DNA of 64,000 bases from Heptranchias perlo (taxonomy: Eukaryota): the NCBI RefSeq assembly GCF_035084215.1, contig NC_090358.1, positions 7,812,001 to 7,876,000 of the forward strand. Direction: 5' to 3'. The notes under the pieces were generated by a model. It made no database searches and was not told the DNA's origin. It saw nothing but the letters and a program-made list of their open reading frames with translations. Positions 11,750 through 24,860 of the stretch are shown one piece after another. Positions within the stretch are counted from its first letter, which is position 1; every line of letters starts with the position of its first letter. A program made the translations under genes and the position numbers.

Positions 11750-12207
11750 GTCATATTTTCCCATCACCCCTATGCTCACTGACCTATATTTGCTCCCAGT
11801 CCAGCAACGCCTCAGATTTAAAATTCTCATCCTTGTGTTCAAATCCCTCTGTGGTCTTGCCCCTTCCTATCTCTATAATCTCCTCCAGCCCTACAACCCT
11901 CCCAGAACTCTGCATTCCTCCAATTCTGGCCTCTTGCGCATCCGCGATTTCTTTCGCGACCTCCATTGATAGCCACGTCTTCATCTGCCAACGCCCCAAG
12001 CTCTGAAATTCCCTCCCTAAACCTCTCCGCCTCCCTACCTCCCTCTCCCCCTTTAAGATGCTCCTTAAAATCTACCTCTTTGACCAGTCACCTGTCTTAA
12101 TATCACCTTATGTGGCTCGTTGTCAAATTTTGTCTGATTATGCTCCTGTGAAGCGCATTGGGACGATTTACTACGTTAAAGGCGCTATATAAATGCATGA
12201 TGTTGTC
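11750..12207 (+). mobile_element. L2 LINE 3' end
   Basis: ITPMLTDLYLLPVQQRLRFKILILVFKSLCGLAPSYLYNLL (L2 ORF2 C-terminus); 3' end GTGAAGCGCATTGGGACG..AAAGGCGCTATATAAATG. Confidence 0.88.
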
Positions 12208-14119
12208 ATTTTGGCATATATGTGCAGGTGTTGGTTTTTTTTGCTTCTGTTCCCTAGCCAACTCCCGCTGACCAAAGAACATTAAATAGTCCTTACCTCA
12301 CTTTACACCCTTTGGTTTGAGTTATGGTTCGTCCAGTGCTGCCCCTTTGTTAGATGGAGTGTGAACTGGACCATGTAGTAACTCCAGATGCATACATTTA
12401 AGTCATTCAAATTTTCTGTTAAATAGGCCCGAGCTGTTTTTACGCTTCACAATAGGAATGGACTCAGTGATCTCAGTTAATGATCTAGGGAATTGCAATA
12501 GGCACAGAGTGCCAGTTTTCACAGACTGCTGGCAAGGGCCTGCTTACAGCAATACAGCATCAATTGTTGTTCCTGCCACACTTCGCAAAGGATGCGCCAG
12601 TCAGGAATCACTGGTGCAGCTGAACCCAGGTCCCTACTGGCTCATTCTCCTGGGGGAACATTTCAACTGGCAAGGCTGGTGAGAGGCATATCTTGAGCAA
12701 ATGGGGGATGGGTTAAGTATAGTGAAGTGAAAACAGTCTGAAATAATAAGCTCGAGGGGAGATGTATCTTACGGCAGGTAGGAGGGAGGTTAAGGAGAAA
12801 GAAGGAATAAGAAAAATAGAAAGGAAAAGGGTACTGAGGCATATGAATGGGTCAGGGCTGCAGTGTTTATATGCAAATGTGCAAAGCATTATAAATAAAT
12901 TTGGGGAACTGGGACCACTAATAAGGATGGAGTGACATGATGTTGTAGTGTTGACGAACCTTAGATTCAGCAAGGTTGAGACTAAGAACTAAAGGCAATT
13001 TAGTCACATGAGCAGAAAGATGGCTAAGGGACAGAAAGCAAAGAGTAGAGGTAAGTTGATTATTTTCAAATTGGCAGGATGTGGAGTGTTTTGCCCCAGG
13101 AATCTATACTGGAACCTCTCTTATTTTACAAATGGCCTCTTTCTGTTGTGTGATTTCTAGGATTTATACTGCAGGATCTCCGTTCTCTGCTTTTGGAGAG
13201 CCCCCTGGTGGATAATGGAAACTGACAAATAACCCAGAGTCCCCATACCTGGTTTGGTACTTTTATTTAGATTACCTAATCACGTTCCCAGCACGTGCAG
13301 ATAAGATCATGTTTCTCCATTTCAAAAATGGAATATTATTAAAGAATCCTGGCAGCTCGAATTCTGCTCGTGTCAGGACCTGAAGCTAAAAATCAAACAG
13401 CGACTACACTTCAAAAATACTTCATCGGCTGTAAAGTACTTTGGGGCACCCTGAAAGGCACTATATAAATGCAAGTTCTTTCTTTTAAAGCTCTGTGGGT
13501 CGTCTACCAGGTAGTGGATGCCCAGATAATAATTAGTTGGCCTCCTGGGTCAAGAACCCAGAGTCTGTGAATAAAAAACACTCAATTGAATTTTAATTGG
13601 ATTATGCAAAACTAAACCTGAACTGCCCAATTTTTTTTAACCAGTATTTAAGAGTTCAGATAATGGGGAATGGCGATAATGGGGAATTGGGTTTCTGGGG
13701 AGTGAGAATATTGGATAGCAGAGATAATTGGAACTGAGGATATTAGGGAGTGGAGATAATCAAGGTTTCATCATTCTGCTTGTTGTGGCTGCAGGTGTTG
13801 CATTTACAATGTGAGACTGATTCCAGGACATCAGACACAAAAACAACTGCACACATTGCTTAAAGGTTGTAATTTCACACATTGTTTCTGGCTGTAGACC
13901 TTCCCTCATGGCTGGGGAGAATTATATATATGTCAGCTGTGTGAAAACTGCAGTGTTTGCCCACGCAGCTGGACTGAGAGGGCAGGCCACCCTCTGTGAC
14001 AAAAGAAAGGGCACCCTATGGCTTTTAATGCCATCGCTTGAAGCAGTTTATGTTTGCCATGGTTAATGTAAGAAAAATCACCACCTGAGTTGGTACTCCA
14101 CTCCATCAGAGGCAATAGA

Positions 14120-14630
14120 GATGCCTCACGTACATTACGCTGCTACCTCATGTATGTTAAGGCACTGTCTCACATATGTTGGGGCTTCCTCTCATGTATG
14201 TTATGGCACTGCATTGTGCCTGTCATGGTGCTGTTGCTTGTACGGTAAGGTGCTGCCTCATTTACATTATATTGCTACCTTCTATGTTTTGGTGTTGCCT
14301 CGTGTATGTTACGATCCTGCCTTGTACATTACAACACTGTATGCAAAACTAAACCTGCACTGCCCAATTTTTTTTAACCAGTATTTAAGAGTTCAGATAA
14401 TGGGAAATTGGGTTTCTGGGGAGTGAGAATATTGGATAGCAGAGTCCTTTGCATAATAATATGTATGTTACAATACTGCCTCGTACATTACAACACCACC
14501 TCATGTATGTTAGGATCTTCCCTCTTGCATTACAACACTGCCTCATGTATGTTATGATCCAGCCTCATATATTACAACACTGCCTCATTTATGTTAATAC
14601 ATTGCCTCATGTACATTTCGGTGCTACCTT
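14120..14630. repeat. Degenerate ~22-bp tandem array, interrupted by a 105-bp local duplication
   Basis: Recurrent CTGCCTCATGTATGTTA / TACATTACAACACTGCCTC units. Confidence 0.7.
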
Positions 14631-14634
14631 GTGT

Positions 14635-14792
14635 ATATTCAAAAAAGAATTGGATATATATTTGAAAAGGAAAAAATTTCAGGGCTATGGGGAAAGAGCG
14701 GGGGAACGGGATTAATTGGATAGCTCTTTCAAAGAGCTGGCACAGGCATGATGGGCCAAATGGCCTCCTTCTGTGCTGTATGATTCTATGAT
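14635..14792 (+). mobile_element. CR1 3' UTR fragment
   Basis: FKKELDIYLKRKKFQGYGERAG then GGGCCAAATGGCCTCCTTCTGTGCTGTATGATTCTATGATT tail. Confidence 0.8.
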
Positions 14793-14923
14793 TAAGGCAC
14801 TGCTGCTGAGGTTGGGGCTGTTGCGGCAGCTGTAATATCTATGCAGCATAAATCTAAATGGGATCATATAAATCTGCGTTTCCCCTCACTTCAAATTTAC
14901 TTTGTTCTCTTTTCCCTTCCCAG

Positions 14924-15181
14924 GAAAGACATACTAAAGTTTCTGGATGCAGAAAAGGACATTTCGGTGCTAAAGGGCAAACTGAAGGCAGGGGATATCA
15001 TACATTATATATTTGACAGAGACAGGACCTTGAATATATCCCATAGCCTGTACGAGCTGTTACCAAGGACATCGCCAATGAAAAATAAACATTTCAAACA
15101 GTGCGCGATTGTAGGGAATTCTGGGATTCTGCTCAACAGTGGCTGCGGACAAGAGATTGATGCTCACGAATTTGTGATAAG
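14924..15181 (+). CDS. ST8SIA2: ST8SIA2 coding exon 4 (258 nt; start of sialylmotif L)
   Basis: [18 protein letters not shown]...[26 protein letters not shown](R); strong polypyrimidine/CAG acceptor and AG|GTAATA donor. Confidence 0.97.
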
Positions 15182-15304
15182 GTAATACCCAGAAGACTGG
15201 TGTGCATGTAGGCAGCAGGGTGATAAGGAAAATCACTTAGAAAATGGATCAATATTGTATTAAAGGGATGGAAAGGAAGTCTTTGGAGTCCTTTGAAGTA
15301 AATC

Positions 15305-15840
15305 GTAACACTCTCACTTCTGAGTCAGAAGTTTGTGGGTCCAAGCTCTACTCCTGGTCAGGAGCAGTACTGAGGGAGTGCTGTATTGTCTGAAGTGCTG
15401 CCCCTCAGATGAGATGTTTATTTGAGCTTCTGTTGTTTTGTCTTTATCATTCTTTGGGATGTGGGCATTGTTGGCAAGGCCATTATTTCTTGCCCATCCC
15501 TCGTTGCCCTTGAGAAGGTGGTGGTGGGCCTTCTTCTTGAACCGCTGCCGCCCATGTGGTGAAGGTTGGTTCCGGTGGGTGTTAACGATCCTATTTAAAG
15601 AAGAAGAGCGAGTTCTTTTGATCTCCTGACCAACAATCCTCCCTCAACCAACGGCACCAAAAATACATTAGCTGGTCATTCATTCCATTTGCTGTTTGTG
15701 GGACCTTGCTGTCTGCAATTGGCTTCTGCATTTGCCTGTTTAACAACAGAGATCACCCTTTGAAAGTAATTTATTGCTTGCAAAATGCTTTAGAAACATC
15801 CTGAGGATGTGACGGGGTGCTATAGAAATGCAAGTTTTTT
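15305..15840 (+). mobile_element. Deu-SINE interrupted by a short family-2 LINE 3' fragment (15445-15570, -)
   Basis: SINE head/core, then GGGATGTGGGCATTG..GCCCTTGAGAAGGTGGTGG (matching 6216-6330), then SINE core and tail. Confidence 0.75.
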
Positions 15841-16024
15841 CCTTTATTTCCTACCCTGACCCAGTAAAAGATGTCCCACTATTTACTTAGTCAGTGCTTC
15901 TTGGGATGACGTAATCCTCCACTGTGGTGCACAGAGACTCACAATTGTTTCACAGCACCAAATTCACCCTGGGATCTGACTCTCTACTTTTCTCTTCCTT
16001 TCACATCGGTTGATGAAAAATCTG

Positions 16025-16340
16025 GCTTCCCCCCTTGGACTAGTTTGTAAATGTACCAATCGGTGTGGTATTGAGCCAGTAGACCAGGAAAGTCCCAGGT
16101 TTAATCCCTGGTCTATACTGATCTCAGCTGGGATGGCATTGAGGTCCAACAGTTGGGTGACAGGAGGGCACAAATCAGCTCCTTATTGCAATTCAATAAC
16201 CCCTGCTGAAAAGGACATGCCTGTGGACATCAGCTGAGGACAGGCACCAGCTCAGCTGTAATGCTCCCATGGAGGAATTGCTTGCTTAATGTCCAGGCCT
16301 GAAAAATAGCGACTTGGGTGAGGAACTGCAACCCAGCAAC
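16025..16340 (+). mobile_element. Unclassified tRNA-derived SINE (third family)
   Basis: GGTGTGGTATTGAGCC..AGACCAGGAAAGTCCCAGGTTTAATCCCTGG head, similar to 5230-5330. Confidence 0.5.
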
Positions 16341-16839
16341 ATGTCATCAGTCATTACCAAATGCTAATTTCTGGTCCTCCTTAAAAAAAATGACAGTATT
16401 TCGTAAAACAAGTTGGGGCTGCAATGTAAACTGTAGTGGTGTTGGCAAGCCTTGATGCTCTGGTTTGCAAATGATAAGAGTATTTAACTAGCCGATAACA
16501 ATGTAACTCAGAGGTGTAGTTATCAGGATACCAATCAATTGGGAAGTAGTTTAATCAAATATCAGTTCCACTTAGGCAGAGCTACCTTATCGTGACCTAG
16601 TGTCTATTTATTCTGTGTTAAGGTAGCACAGAATCTTATCCTGGACATTTCAGTCCTCTGGTCTAAGCACTGACGTCAACAACTTCAACCCTTAGCTGTT
16701 TGCTGGATCTGAAGGGTTAGCAATCTTAGATAACACGGACTGTCTCCATCTCTCGCCCTGATCCCCACCTGCCCTTTCTGTCGACACAACTTGACAGCAG
16801 CTGCTGGGAGCTGTAGCAATTTCTAAAGTCACTTTTATA

Positions 16840-16950
16840 GTCACAGAAATAAAAGCGGAAGATGTTGGAAATACCCAAATCCCTTCAGCATCTTGAAAGA
16901 GAAAAGGCAGGTTAAGGTTTGGGGTGCAGCCCCTTTCATCGCAATTGAAA
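16840..16950 (-). mobile_element. Old PLE terminal fragment with decayed hammerhead
   Basis: On -: GCGATGAAAGGGGCTGCACCCCAAACCTTAAC, a degenerate CUGAUGA..GAAA motif; related to 62345 and 63390-63752. Confidence 0.45.
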
Positions 16951-17159
16951 ACTAGAAGAGAACTGAGTTCCTTTATAGGCATGGATGGAATGGAACGGGG
17001 GGAGGAGTCAAGAGCCCGGTATACTGACTCCTGTCACAGGTAGGCTCTTGGCTTTAAATATCTGGTAAAAGGTTTTGTAAAAAGCTGGAAAGAGTGAAAA
17101 AGTTGAAAGCGTGAATGACTTTGACGTATACTCATTGTCAGGCAAATCCAATAGCTACA

Positions 17160-17470
17160 GATCCCACAAACAGCAATGAGATGAATGACCAGTTAATATG
17201 TTTTTGGTGGTGTTGGTTGAGGGAGGAAATTTGGCCAGGACACCAGGAGAACATTTAATCTCTTCCTCAAAGAGTACCATGGGACCTTTAATGCTTGCTG
17301 AAACAGATGAATGGGACTTTGGTTTAACATTCATCTGAAGGACGGCACCATTGACAGTGCAGCACTCCCTCAGTAGCGCAATGGAGCATCAGCCTAGATT
17401 ATGTGCTCGAGTCCTGAAGTGGGGCTTGAAACTTCAATCTTCTGTGTTACCAACTAAGCCAAGCTGGCAC
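17160..17470 (-). mobile_element. Deu-SINE, diverged
   Basis: Deu core on the - strand. Confidence 0.75.
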
Positions 17471-17642
17471 GATAGATTGTACATGGTACGTGGAGAGAAG
17501 GGGCTTGATGGGCCAAAGGCCTTTTCTCATTGCGTACTTTCTTATGTTCCTAAGTTCCAGCACAATGTCATTCTAGGGTCATAGGTCAAACACTATTGTG
17601 GAAACAATGAATGATTAATTCACAGTTTAATTTTTTTTGAAG

Positions 17643-17936
17643 ATGCAATCTTGCCCCAGTGGAAGAGTATGCACAAGACGTTGGTTTGAAGACTGATTTA
17701 GTGACTATGAACCCTTCGGTGGTGCAGCGTGCATTTGAGGATTTGAAGAATGAGACGTGGAAGGAGAAGTTGCTTCACCGGCTAAAGATGCTGAACGGCG
17801 GCATACTCTGGATCCCTGCGTTTATGGCTAAAGGTGGAGAAGAGCGTGTAGAATGGGTGAACAACCTCATCATAAAGCACAAAATCCATGTACAGACTGC
17901 CTATCCATCACTGAGGCTCCTACACGCAGTACGGGG
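17643..17936 (+). CDS. ST8SIA2: ST8SIA2 coding exon 5 (294 nt; end of sialylmotif L, start of polysialyltransferase domain)
   Basis: [34 protein letters not shown]...[13 protein letters not shown](G); T-tract-GAAG acceptor, GG|GTGAGT donor. Confidence 0.97.
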
Positions 17937-19203
17937 GTGAGTGCCAGCTCTGCTACAGAGTCTACGTGCAACTTGGGATACAGCCTCCAAACTGATTGCT
18001 CGATTTTCCAATGTAAAGTCACCGTCATGCAGAGGGAATGCTATCTCCTCAGGCAGACTTGCATGGGTTCTGTCACTCGTACACTGTCCTTGGCAACAAG
18101 CGAGAGATTGCCGACGGTTAATTAGGTCACAGTCTCAGAGGGAGATAATGAGATTACAATGAAAATGTTAATACAGCCAGGTCTTTGAGATATTGTGGTC
18201 CAAAGATTTGGGGGTGACTTGCTCATTGTCCATTCATGGAGAATTTGGCAGCTAACAAAGAGTGAGAGTCAGAGTCAGAAAAACAATAACTTGTAAAAAA
18301 AAATCTCTTAAGCATTGGCCTGCTGTTGCAATGGGAAAGGTTTTTATGTCACATTTCTATGGCTTTGAGTCTCAATGGATAAAACATTCCAAAGGCATCA
18401 AATTAGGGCTGCAACAGGTATTTGTTTTTACACCAATTAATCTCCTTCATTAAAGTCCAGACCAACTCAAGGTCTAGAAATGAGAGATTCTACTTGGAAG
18501 TGTGATCCAATTCAGTACCTTAATACGATAATCTTTTTTGTTTGATAAGACACTCTCTGATAGTACAAGTAAACAGCCTTTTGCCAAGCATGTAAATCTC
18601 TTCTTGAAAAGGTGTTTCCCAGCATGCTACCAGCAACACTTGGGCTTTATCACATCTCTCAAAAAGGCCTCAAAGCACTTCACTGAATTACTTTGGACTC
18701 CAGTGACTGTTGTTTTGTCGCCAAACATGGCAGTCATTCTGTGCATAGCAGGACTCCACAAAATGCAAGGAAATGAACAATGTTAATCCATCTTTTGGGG
18801 GATCTTGTAATGTTGGCCAGGATGTTGGGAGAATTCCCTGCACTTCTGTGAATAGCACCATGGGATCTTTGACATCCACCTGAACAGACAGGCAGGGCCT
18901 AGAGTTACTAGGCCAATAATGTGATGGTAAGTGTCTGGTGCTCCCCATATTATTGGGTGTGGAGGCCTAGTGCACCCCAAATAATTGGCTAATGATTGGA
19001 GTGCTGGGTGAATAAGCTGTGCACAAAGTTCATTAAGGTGCCACAAAGCCTGAACAAACACAGATAAAAGCTCCCCCAGTGTGTCTGTACATTGAGTGTA
19101 GGCTGTGATTCAATCATCTTAACCAAGCCCAGTTCTACCTTACTTAATAGGACTGATTTTACAAATGTTCTTTTCCCATTGAAATTGTAATCAGGAAATG
19201 ACA

Positions 19204-21417
19204 GGCACTGAGGACACCATCCAACGTGTTGTGTGGCACTACCACCGTGCTAAATGGGATAGATTCAGAACAGATCTAGCAGCTCAAAACTGGGCATCCA
19301 TGAGGCGCTGTGGGCCATCAGCAGCAGCAGAATTGTATTCCAGCACAATCTGTAACCTCATGGCCCGGCATATTCCTCACTCTACCATTACCAACAAGCC
19401 AGGGGATCAACCCTGGTTCAATGAGGAGTGTAGAAGAGCATGCCAGGAGCAGCACCAGGCGTACCTAAAAATGAGGTGCCAACCTGGTGAAGCTACAACT
19501 CAGGACTACATGCATGCTAAACAGCGGAAGCAACATGCTATAGACAGAGCTAAGCGATTCCACAACCAACGGATCAGATCAAAGCTTTGCAGTCCTGCCA
19601 CATCCAGTCGTGAATGGTGGTGGACAATTAAACAACTAACGGGAGGAGGAGGCTCTGCAAACATCCCCATTCTCAATGATGGTGGAGTCCAGCACGTGAG
19701 TGCAAAAGACAAGGCTGAAGCATTTGCAACCATCTTCAGCCAGAAGTGCCGAGTGGAAGATCCATCTCAGCCTCCTCCCGATATCCCCACCATCACGGAA
19801 GCCAGTCTTCGGCCAATTCGATTCACTCCACGTGATATCAAGAAACGGCTGAGTGCACTGGATACAGCAAAGGCTATGGGCCCCGACAACATCCCAGCTG
19901 TAGTGCTGAAGACTTGTGCTCCAGAACTAGCTGCGCCTCTAGCCAAGCTCTTCCAGTACAGCTACAACACTGGCATCTACTCGACAATGTGGAAAATTGC
20001 CCAGGTATGTCCTGTCCACAAAAAGCAGGACAAATCCAATCCGGCCAATTACCGCCCCATCAGTCTACTCTCAATCATCAGCAAAGTGATGGAAGGTGTC
20101 GTCGACAGTGCTATCAAGCGGCACTTACTCACCAATAACATGCTCACCGATGCTCAGTTTGGGTTCCGCCAGGACCACTCGGCTCCAGACCTCATTACAG
20201 CCCTGGTCCAAACATGGACAAAAGAGCTGAATTCCAGAGGTGAGGTGAGAGTGACTGCCCTTGACATCAAGGCAGCATTTGACCGAGTGTGGCACCAAGG
20301 AGCCCTAGTAAAATTGAAGTCAATGGGAATCAGGGGGAAAACTCTCCAGTGGCTGGAGTCATACCTAGCACAAAGGAAGATGGTAGTGGTTGTTGGAGGC
20401 CAATCATCTCAGCCCCAGGACATTGCTGCAGGAGTTCCTCAGGGCAGTGTCCTAGGCCCAACCATCTTCAGCTGTTTCATCAATGACCTTCCCTCCATCA
20501 TAAGGTCAGAAATGGGGATGTTCACTGATGACTGCACAGTGTTCAGTTCCATTCGCAACCCCTCAAATAATGAAGCAGTCCGAGCCCGCATGCAGCAAGA
20601 CCTGGACAACATCCAGGCTTGGGCAAGTAACTTTCGCGCCAGACAAGTGCCAGGCAATGACCATCTCCAACAAGAGAGAGTCTAACCACCTCCCCTTGAC
20701 ATTCAAATGCATTACCATCGCCGAATCCCCCACAATCAACATCCTGTGGGTCACCATTGACCAGAAACTTAACTGGACCAGCCATATAAATACTGTGGCT
20801 ACGAGAGCAGGTCAGAGGCTGGGTATTCTGCGGCGAGTGACTCACCTCCTGACTCCCCAAAGCCTTTCCACCATCTACAAGGCACAAGTCAGGAGTGTGA
20901 TGGAATACTCTCCACTTGCCTGGATGAGTGCATCTCCCAAAAACACTCAAGAAGCTCAACACCATCCAAGATAAAGCAGCCCGCTTGATTGGCACCCCAT
21001 CCACCACCCTAAACATTCACTCCCTTCACCACCGGCGCACTGTGGCTGCAGTGTGCACCATCCACAGGATGCACTGCAGCAACTCGCCAAGGCTTCTTCG
21101 ACAGCACCTCCCAAACCCGCGACCTCTACCACCTAGAAGGACAAGACCAGCAGGTACATGGGAACAACACCACCTGCACGTTCCCCTCCAAGTCACACAC
21201 CATCCCGACTTGGAAATATATCGCCGTTCCTTCATCGTCGCTGGGTCAAAATCCTGGAACTCCCTTCCTAACAGCACGGTGGGAGAACCGTCACCACACG
21301 GACTGCAGCGGTTCAAGAAGGCGGCTCACCACCACCTTCTCAAGGGCAATTAGGGATGGGCAATAAATGCTGGCCTCGCCAGCGACGCCCACATCCCGTG
21401 AATGAATTAAAAAAAAA
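19204..21417 (+). mobile_element. CR1-group LINE family 2, 5'-truncated, young copy B
   Basis: 495-aa ORF ([43 protein letters not shown]) continuing through frameshifts at ~20620 and ~20935 to ...HHHLLKGN*; AATAAA and poly(A) at 21409-21417. Confidence 0.96.
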
Positions 21418-21729
21418 CTCCCCTTGATCTTCCATCCATTAAGATTAATGAACAGGAAATCATGCAAAGTGTGCCTGCACTTTCCCAACCCATGAGGCTC
21501 CCACCAGAGTAGTGCATTCTTAAAATTGGCCCTGATGTTCACATGTATGACTAGGCCAGCACAGTCACTGCACAGCAATCAGCAGGGGGAACCCTGTGGA
21601 TTTCCCCCTCCTTAGTCCAGGGCCACTGAGGCCATTTGTAACTGGCCTGGCTGAAATCACCAAACACAGCACAGACAGGGGATCAAACCTTGCACCTTCT
21701 TGAGTTGGGGGTGGGGGCAGGGGGTTAGG

Positions 21730-21925
21730 AACATAGAAACGTAGGAACAAGAGTAGGCCATTTAGCCCCTCGAGCCTGTTCTGCCATTCAATGAGATCAT
21801 GGGCGATCTGTGACCTAACTCCATATACCCACCATAGCCCCATAGCCCTTTGGTTAACAAAAATCTATCAATCTCAGATTTAAAATTAACAATTGAGCTA
21901 GCATCAACTGCTGTTTGCGGAAAAG
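21730..21925 (-). mobile_element. CR1 3' UTR fragment
   Basis: Matches the 3' end of the CR1 at 30200-30399. Confidence 0.8.
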
Positions 21926-22919
21926 GGATAATCTGATTGCTATTTGTAGCCAATGTATGAACGCATTCCAGCTATGTTTACGATGTTACCAACACTTGGT
22001 GACCAAAGGAAACCTTTCCCGCTGGTCCTTACAGCTCAGTAACACACCCGGCAGCGTAGTTACCAAACGACGCATGGGGGAAGCTGCTCTGTATGAATCC
22101 TTGAGATACTTCATCTGCTAAGAGCTGAACATCTTTCCTCAGTTTCCAGGAAGCATGAATGAATGGATGCTTGGCTGGAAACATCGGGAATAAGGGTGTT
22201 GCTGTAATGAGTCACTCTATCAACGGGTCTTGCTGGTATTATTTTTTAACTGACAGATTACTTGTAATATACAGAAAGTAAATCATTTTAAAACCCAGTC
22301 ATTTTTCCAGCTTCAAATCACATTAACACCGCGACATATAATTAGACTTGGCAATGATGCAGATAAACGTGGCTCGATAACAGAAGAGGCAAGGCCAAAC
22401 AATTATTTTTTAGCTAATCAGGGGAAAAAAATGAACAACTATTTGTTAGCTAACGTTACATTTTCAGCAAACCAAAATGTTCCTTAAAGAAATAAAAATG
22501 TTAAATCTTAGCAGGGATTTATCAATTATTTTAATTTTTAATTTGCTGTATTTATGTCCTTAAAACAATATTCTAAACAGCAGGAAGTGCAGTAGATTCT
22601 TTAGTAATGAAAAGAGTTGTTTTTAGAAATCCAATTATTCAACTTATATAGTTGGGAAACTGTGTCTCTGTTCACTGATTCATTCTGAATGACTATCTCA
22701 TGAAAATGCTAAATTGGCTTCTTTACCCTGAGCTTTTCTCATTTTGGATCTCAATAATTTAAGTTTCCTGCAGTTGTTAAGGCAGTTGGGTGTAATGCCC
22801 AGAATAATATGTTGTTTTAAGAGTACTTAATAAACTTACATTACTGAGACCCAAAATCAGAAGAGCTCAGGATAAAGAAGCCAATTTGGCATTTTCATGA
22901 GATAGTCATTCAGAATGAA

Positions 22920-23298
22920 TAAATTCTCCTCCTCATGTTCAAATCCCTCAGTAGCCTCACCCCTCCTTATCTCTGTAACCTCCTCCAGCCCTACAATCCT
23001 CAGCAAACTCTGCGTTCCTCCAATTCTGGCCTCTTGCGCACCCCCCAATTCCTTCGCCTTATCATTGGCGGCCGTGCCTTCAGCTGACTAGGCCCCAAGT
23101 TATGGAATTCCTTCCCTCAGCCTCTCCGCTCCTCTATCTCTCTCTCTTTAAGTCACCAATCTCTTTGACCAAGCTTTTGATCACCTGCCCTAATGTCTCC
23201 TTCCTTGGCTCGGTGTCTATTTTTGTCTGATTACGTTCCTGTGAAGCGCCTTGGGACATTATACTACGTTAAAGGCGCTATAAAAATGCAAGTTATTG
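22920..23298 (+). mobile_element. L2 LINE 3' end
   Basis: Homologous to 11820-12207, including the tail. Confidence 0.85.
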
Positions 23299-23989
23299 TT
23301 TTTGGATTGTTACATCCTGTTTAGCTGTGATCTAAATAATAATCTAAAGGCTTGCAGTACATACAGTATATAGAGAACATACCCAAAGAGAATATGCTGA
23401 AGCTAGTTATATGTACTTGCAGAAATATACACGCCAACATAGAAAACTAGCAAAAAATGAGCAAAAGCTTCAAAGAAGCTGGCACAGCCCCTTAAAGCTG
23501 ATAGATTCAAGAACAGCCCTGATTACAAGCCTATGTGACGTGTGAAACAAATAGTTAGATGGGCGTTGTAACTTAAGCTGTCGAAGGCACTTGAAGGGAA
23601 AAAAAAAGTATTTGAAAGCCTGAAGGGATAAATCCAAATATTGAAGGCACAAACTTAGTGGCATTTCTACAGGGGTCTGGGGCACACTTCCCTGGAAAAT
23701 GTTGAATTTTTATTTTAAAAATAATGCATTCTGGTTCATTTTAAGCAGTTTTGCACTTCATAATTAATAGATTTTTAATCTAAAAAAGGAAAAACCAAGT
23801 GATCAAAAGTTACCTCAACAATCACACTTTCACATCCAATCCCCCAAGTCAGTTAAAAGAGGCACTTTACCCCACCCAACTTCCCACCCTTTCACTGGAC
23901 AGTCCCCCCTCTGACCCTCAAGAGTTCATACTGCCAATCTTCTTCCCTTCCAATCCAGTTAAACCTGTAACTCATCTTCCTCCTCCCCA

Positions 23990-24255
23990 TTCATGTTGGC
24001 ATTATTCTTTCCTCCTCCCCATTTCAAGTTGACATTTCTCATCCTTGTATTTAAATTCATCATTGTTTTACCCCTCCCTATCTCTGTAACCTCCTCCAGC
24101 CCTACAACCCTCCCTCCGTTCCAAACTCTCCATACCTCTGATTCTGGCCTCTTGTGTCAATCCACCCTTCACCCCACCATTGCCGGCTGTGCCTTCAGCT
24201 GCCTAGACATTTTGGAATTATCTCCCTAAACCCCTCCACTTTTCCACCTCCACTT
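23990..24255 (+). mobile_element. L2 LINE 3' fragment
   Basis: CTCATCCTTGTATTTAAA..CTCCTCCAGCCCTACAACC..GCCTTCAGCTGCCTAG as in the other L2 copies. Confidence 0.75.
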
Positions 24256-24504
24256 CAACTGTCAGACTGAGGTTGGAAGACTGTACACAATTTTTCTCAT
24301 GGCCGAGTGGAAGAAAAACACTTACCCCAAAACAATAATATCTTCTGACTAGAGTTTTCATAAAATCACAATAAAGGACAATACATGCTAGCTTTAACCA
24401 CTTCACTTCAGGTAATAACTAAAATTAGACATTGACGTTACTTGAAAAACATTTTAAATATAGTATAAATACAGTTTAAAAAAAAGATCAGGTTGAGTTT
24501 CACT

Positions 24505-24860
<356 letters not shown>

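Noticed and set aside
14841-14923. N-terminal extensions of the ORF-track calls over ST8SIA2 exons 4 and 6
   Set aside because: Intronic polypyrimidine tracts upstream of clear acceptors, not coding.
19198-20685. Active autonomous LINE or domesticated RT gene
   Set aside because: 5'-truncated (no ORF1 or endonuclease) and frameshifted twice downstream.
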